Positions 61,286 to 64,000 of a DNA stretch of 64,000 nt are shown here, piece after piece. A program made the position numbers and the translations under genes. The notes under the pieces were generated by a model. That model was not told the DNA's origin and searched no databases. It saw only the letters and a program-made list of their open reading frames with translations. The stretch spans positions 16,244,001 through 16,308,000 of the forward strand of contig NC_047062.1 in the NCBI RefSeq assembly GCF_902459465.1. Reading direction: 5' to 3'. This DNA is from Asterias rubens (Eukaryota). Positions within the stretch are counted from its first letter, which is position 1. The number at the start of each line of letters is the position of its first letter.

Positions 61286-62895
61286 TGTTCACTTGAAACT
61301 CTCCGTAACTGGTAACAAAAAATAAGAAGAAAAACAGTTTAATCAAAAACCCAACATTTTCCAAAGGGATTAAAATAAAAATATGTGTTCTCATGCGCAT
61401 CAATTAGATTTATGATCTGTTTTTCTTTATTGCCTATAAACAGCAGCTTCCAACTTTTTTTGCAAGAGATTCAATCCAATTCAATTTATTATAAACATCA
61501 CGTTAAAAATATTAAAATTGCCTTCCAGTGTGCATCAATGAGAAAAAACACAATTTTGCAGAATTGACTTATTGCACACAGGACAACTTTATTGAAAAGA
61601 ATGATTACAGAATTATATACATGTATAACTAAAGATGAGATAATGTCTTTCTTCAGACACAAGACCAACGAACTCGCCCGGTCATAAGTTTACTGGCCCA
61701 ATGCTAAAAACACTAGACTCGGGCATGTGGCCCAATTATTAATTCTGAGCCCTGCTTACTAACATAAGCCTTTTTGAGGTATGGCGGATGTGATAAGAGT
61801 TTTGTTGTTGGTTTATTGTTTCCAAAGTAACGTCGTAACCTTGGTTGGTGGCTCAGTTCGTTAACAGCACCAGCCACCAACCCGGTCATACCACGCAGTG
61901 AAGACTGGGTCCTCGCACTGTTATTCCCTAATTCAGTGACTGATTGATGGTGCAAATGTTGGGTTCCTTTAAATGTTGAAAAAGTTGACAACTTCTTTCC
62001 TATGGTTTGTTAACAAATTGATCGTTTCTTGCACTCTTGTTTTGCGAAATGGATTTTCTGGACCCACGCAGAGCTCAGCACTCAGCAAATATCATGGAAA
62101 ACAAGAACAAATACAATTTCAATAATCGAGCCTAACCCTAATTTTGGTGAGATCCAGGTTCAAATGGGAACTTGGGTTGGGAGCAAAAATATTTGAGTTG
62201 GAATTTTTTACATGTCAATTGATTGAAATTTGAATGATTTGGCAAGGTTCGTGGAGACGATAGCGTGCGTGCGAAATGAACCTCATATTCATTCATACTC
62301 ATTCATTTAAAGCCATTATACACTTTCGGTACAGAAAAAAAACAAAGTTCATAGATTTACAAATAATTTACAGGGTTTACAGAAGGTAATGGTGAAAGAC
62401 TTCTCTTAAAAGGTTGTTCCATGAAATGCTTTACTTGAGAAAACACTAAAACAATATCAATTCTCGATATCGAGAATTACGGATTTATAGTAAACACATG
62501 TCATGACACGGCGAAACGCGCAGAAACGAGGGTGGGTTTTCCCGTTATTTTCTGCCGACTCCGATGACCGATTGAGCATAAATTTTGGATAACTTTCCGT
62601 ATGGCGCCACCACTTGTTCACTCATTTTTACAAAAAGGGATATCTCATTGAGGTAAATAAGATACTATATTATTTCATATCGAATGAAAAAGTGGTGGCG
62701 CCATACGGAAACTTTTCCTAAATTTTCATATGTTTATTTTATAAAGTTGTGATATACACGAAGTGTGGGACTTGGACAATACTGTTTACCGAAAGTGTAT
62801 AAAATAATGGCTTTAAAGAAATATGTTTGTATTAATTATGGATTCTTTAATTATTAATGATTAATACAATTAATAAAAACACAGAAATTCCCATA

Positions 62896-63321
62896 TCAAT
62901 AATAATGTTTTACAAAAGGTCCAAAATCACAATTGGATGGGAACGAGGTTGAATACTTTGCGTGCCGTGTTACTCGCGTATAATCCTTGTATGTATATCG
63001 CACACACAACTACAAGTACATGTTAATAGAATGCTGCACCAAATAACGTCTAAGAAAAAAACACCTTCCAATAACTGAACAAGGGCAAGTGCCGATCAAT
63101 CAACGTCAATAATAATGTTTTACAAAAGGTCCAAAATCACAATTGGATGGGAACGAGGTTGAATACTTTGCGTGCCGTGTTACTCGCGTATAATCCTTGT
63201 ATGTATATCGCACACACAACTAGAACTACAAGTACATGTTAATAGAATGCTGCACCAAATAACGTCTAAGAAAAAAACACCTTCCAACAACTGAACAAGG
63301 GCAAGTGCCGATCAATCAACG
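62896..63321. repeat. Near-perfect tandem duplication, 210 + 216 bp
   Basis: Units start at 62896 and 63106; the second has a 6-bp insertion (tagaac). Confidence 0.95.
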
Positions 63322-63900
63322 CCACCCATTCGAAGGAGAAGGTCGTAACTTACATTTATAAAGGTAATTTATTGTAACAATCGTATACTTTTACCTGAAA
63401 TGACAGTCGTGTATCGGAAGCCAGCGGGAATTATTGACTTATTTACGGGAGGCAAAAGTTCCAATCACACACAATAGTATGGTACCCATCTAAAAATAAT
63501 GTAAAATTGGTTCAATGTTATTGTAACATAGTGTACAGTAACCAGACCAGAAATTTAACTTTTAGCACGTGTAGTTTGTGTCATTTTTTGCTTCGCTATC
63601 CAAAAAACTTTGGAACTTTTGTTTGATACAAAAACTTTATTCTTTAGTTTTTAATTTTTAATTTACAAACAAAAATTAACTACTCACGTAAAACATAAAT
63701 ATTGGCTTATTTTCTCACGTAAGCATTGTAAGTAATGCATCTTTTCTGTCTTCATAATTATTAGTTTTTTGGGGTTTTTTTTTTTACAATTAATAATAAA
63801 TTATATGCAGTTGTGATGTTTGTTGAATAGGACATTGATTGGATACAATTGCTGATATAGTACAACCCACAACCGACAGGGCACAGTGCACCTCTATGAA

Positions 63901-64000
63901 ATGAGCATGGCTGCAACTGAAGACAAGAAATGGACTGCAAGTGGTGTTGCAATGCTGTGTTTTGACTCGCCTGGAGCTTCATTTCAAGGCAGACTGGTCA
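63901..64000 (+). CDS. Possible N-terminus of an unidentified gene running off the window
   Basis: MSMAATEDKKWTASGVAMLCFDSPGASFQGRLV.. is open to the edge with raised GC; possible upstream acceptor at 63830. Not recognised. Confidence 0.3.
   Translation, partial: MSMAATEDKKWTASGVAMLCFDSPGASFQGRLV

Noticed and set aside
1-64000. CRISPR arrays, rRNA genes, autonomous transposase or RT ORFs
   Set aside because: None seen; the repeats are TIR elements, SINEs or tandem duplications without a spacer structure.

Overview
Eukaryotic, AT-rich, intron-dense animal genomic DNA. It is most consistent with an invertebrate deuterostome, probably an echinoderm such as a sea star (inference, from memory of repeat families and vertebrate-like intron positions). 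Exon models were built by hand from GT-AG signals with matching phases. In order, the window holds: the 3' end of a large gene with a disordered tail (+, tentatively a PLEKHG1/2/3-type RhoGEF); an unrecognised micro-exon transcript (-, about 7.6-8.2 kb); PPP1R36 (+, 16 exons) with a tRNA-Val(TAC) in intron 2; CCDC32 (+, 2 exons) whose single intron contains a complete intronless DUS4L on the same strand; STPG4 (-); a B3GAT3-type glucuronosyltransferase (+); ATXN3 (-) head-to-head with NEK2 (+); NDUFB1 (-, 57 aa, below the ORF-track cutoff); and a possible gene start at the right edge. Introns and spacers carry many non-autonomous DNA transposons (TTAA/Kolobok-like, CWG- or TTA-TSD Harbinger-like, 8-bp and 9-bp TSD families), tRNA-derived SINEs, Penelope-type hammerhead relics and tandem duplications. 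Leading second-look items are the CCDC32/DUS4L nested and possibly bicistronic locus, the micro-exon transcript, a NEK2B-like intronic read-through tail, and a 61-270 bp 9-bp-TSD element family found only near gene 5' ends. No CRISPR, rRNA or autonomous transposase was seen. All homology calls are from memory of the human proteins and were not database-checked.
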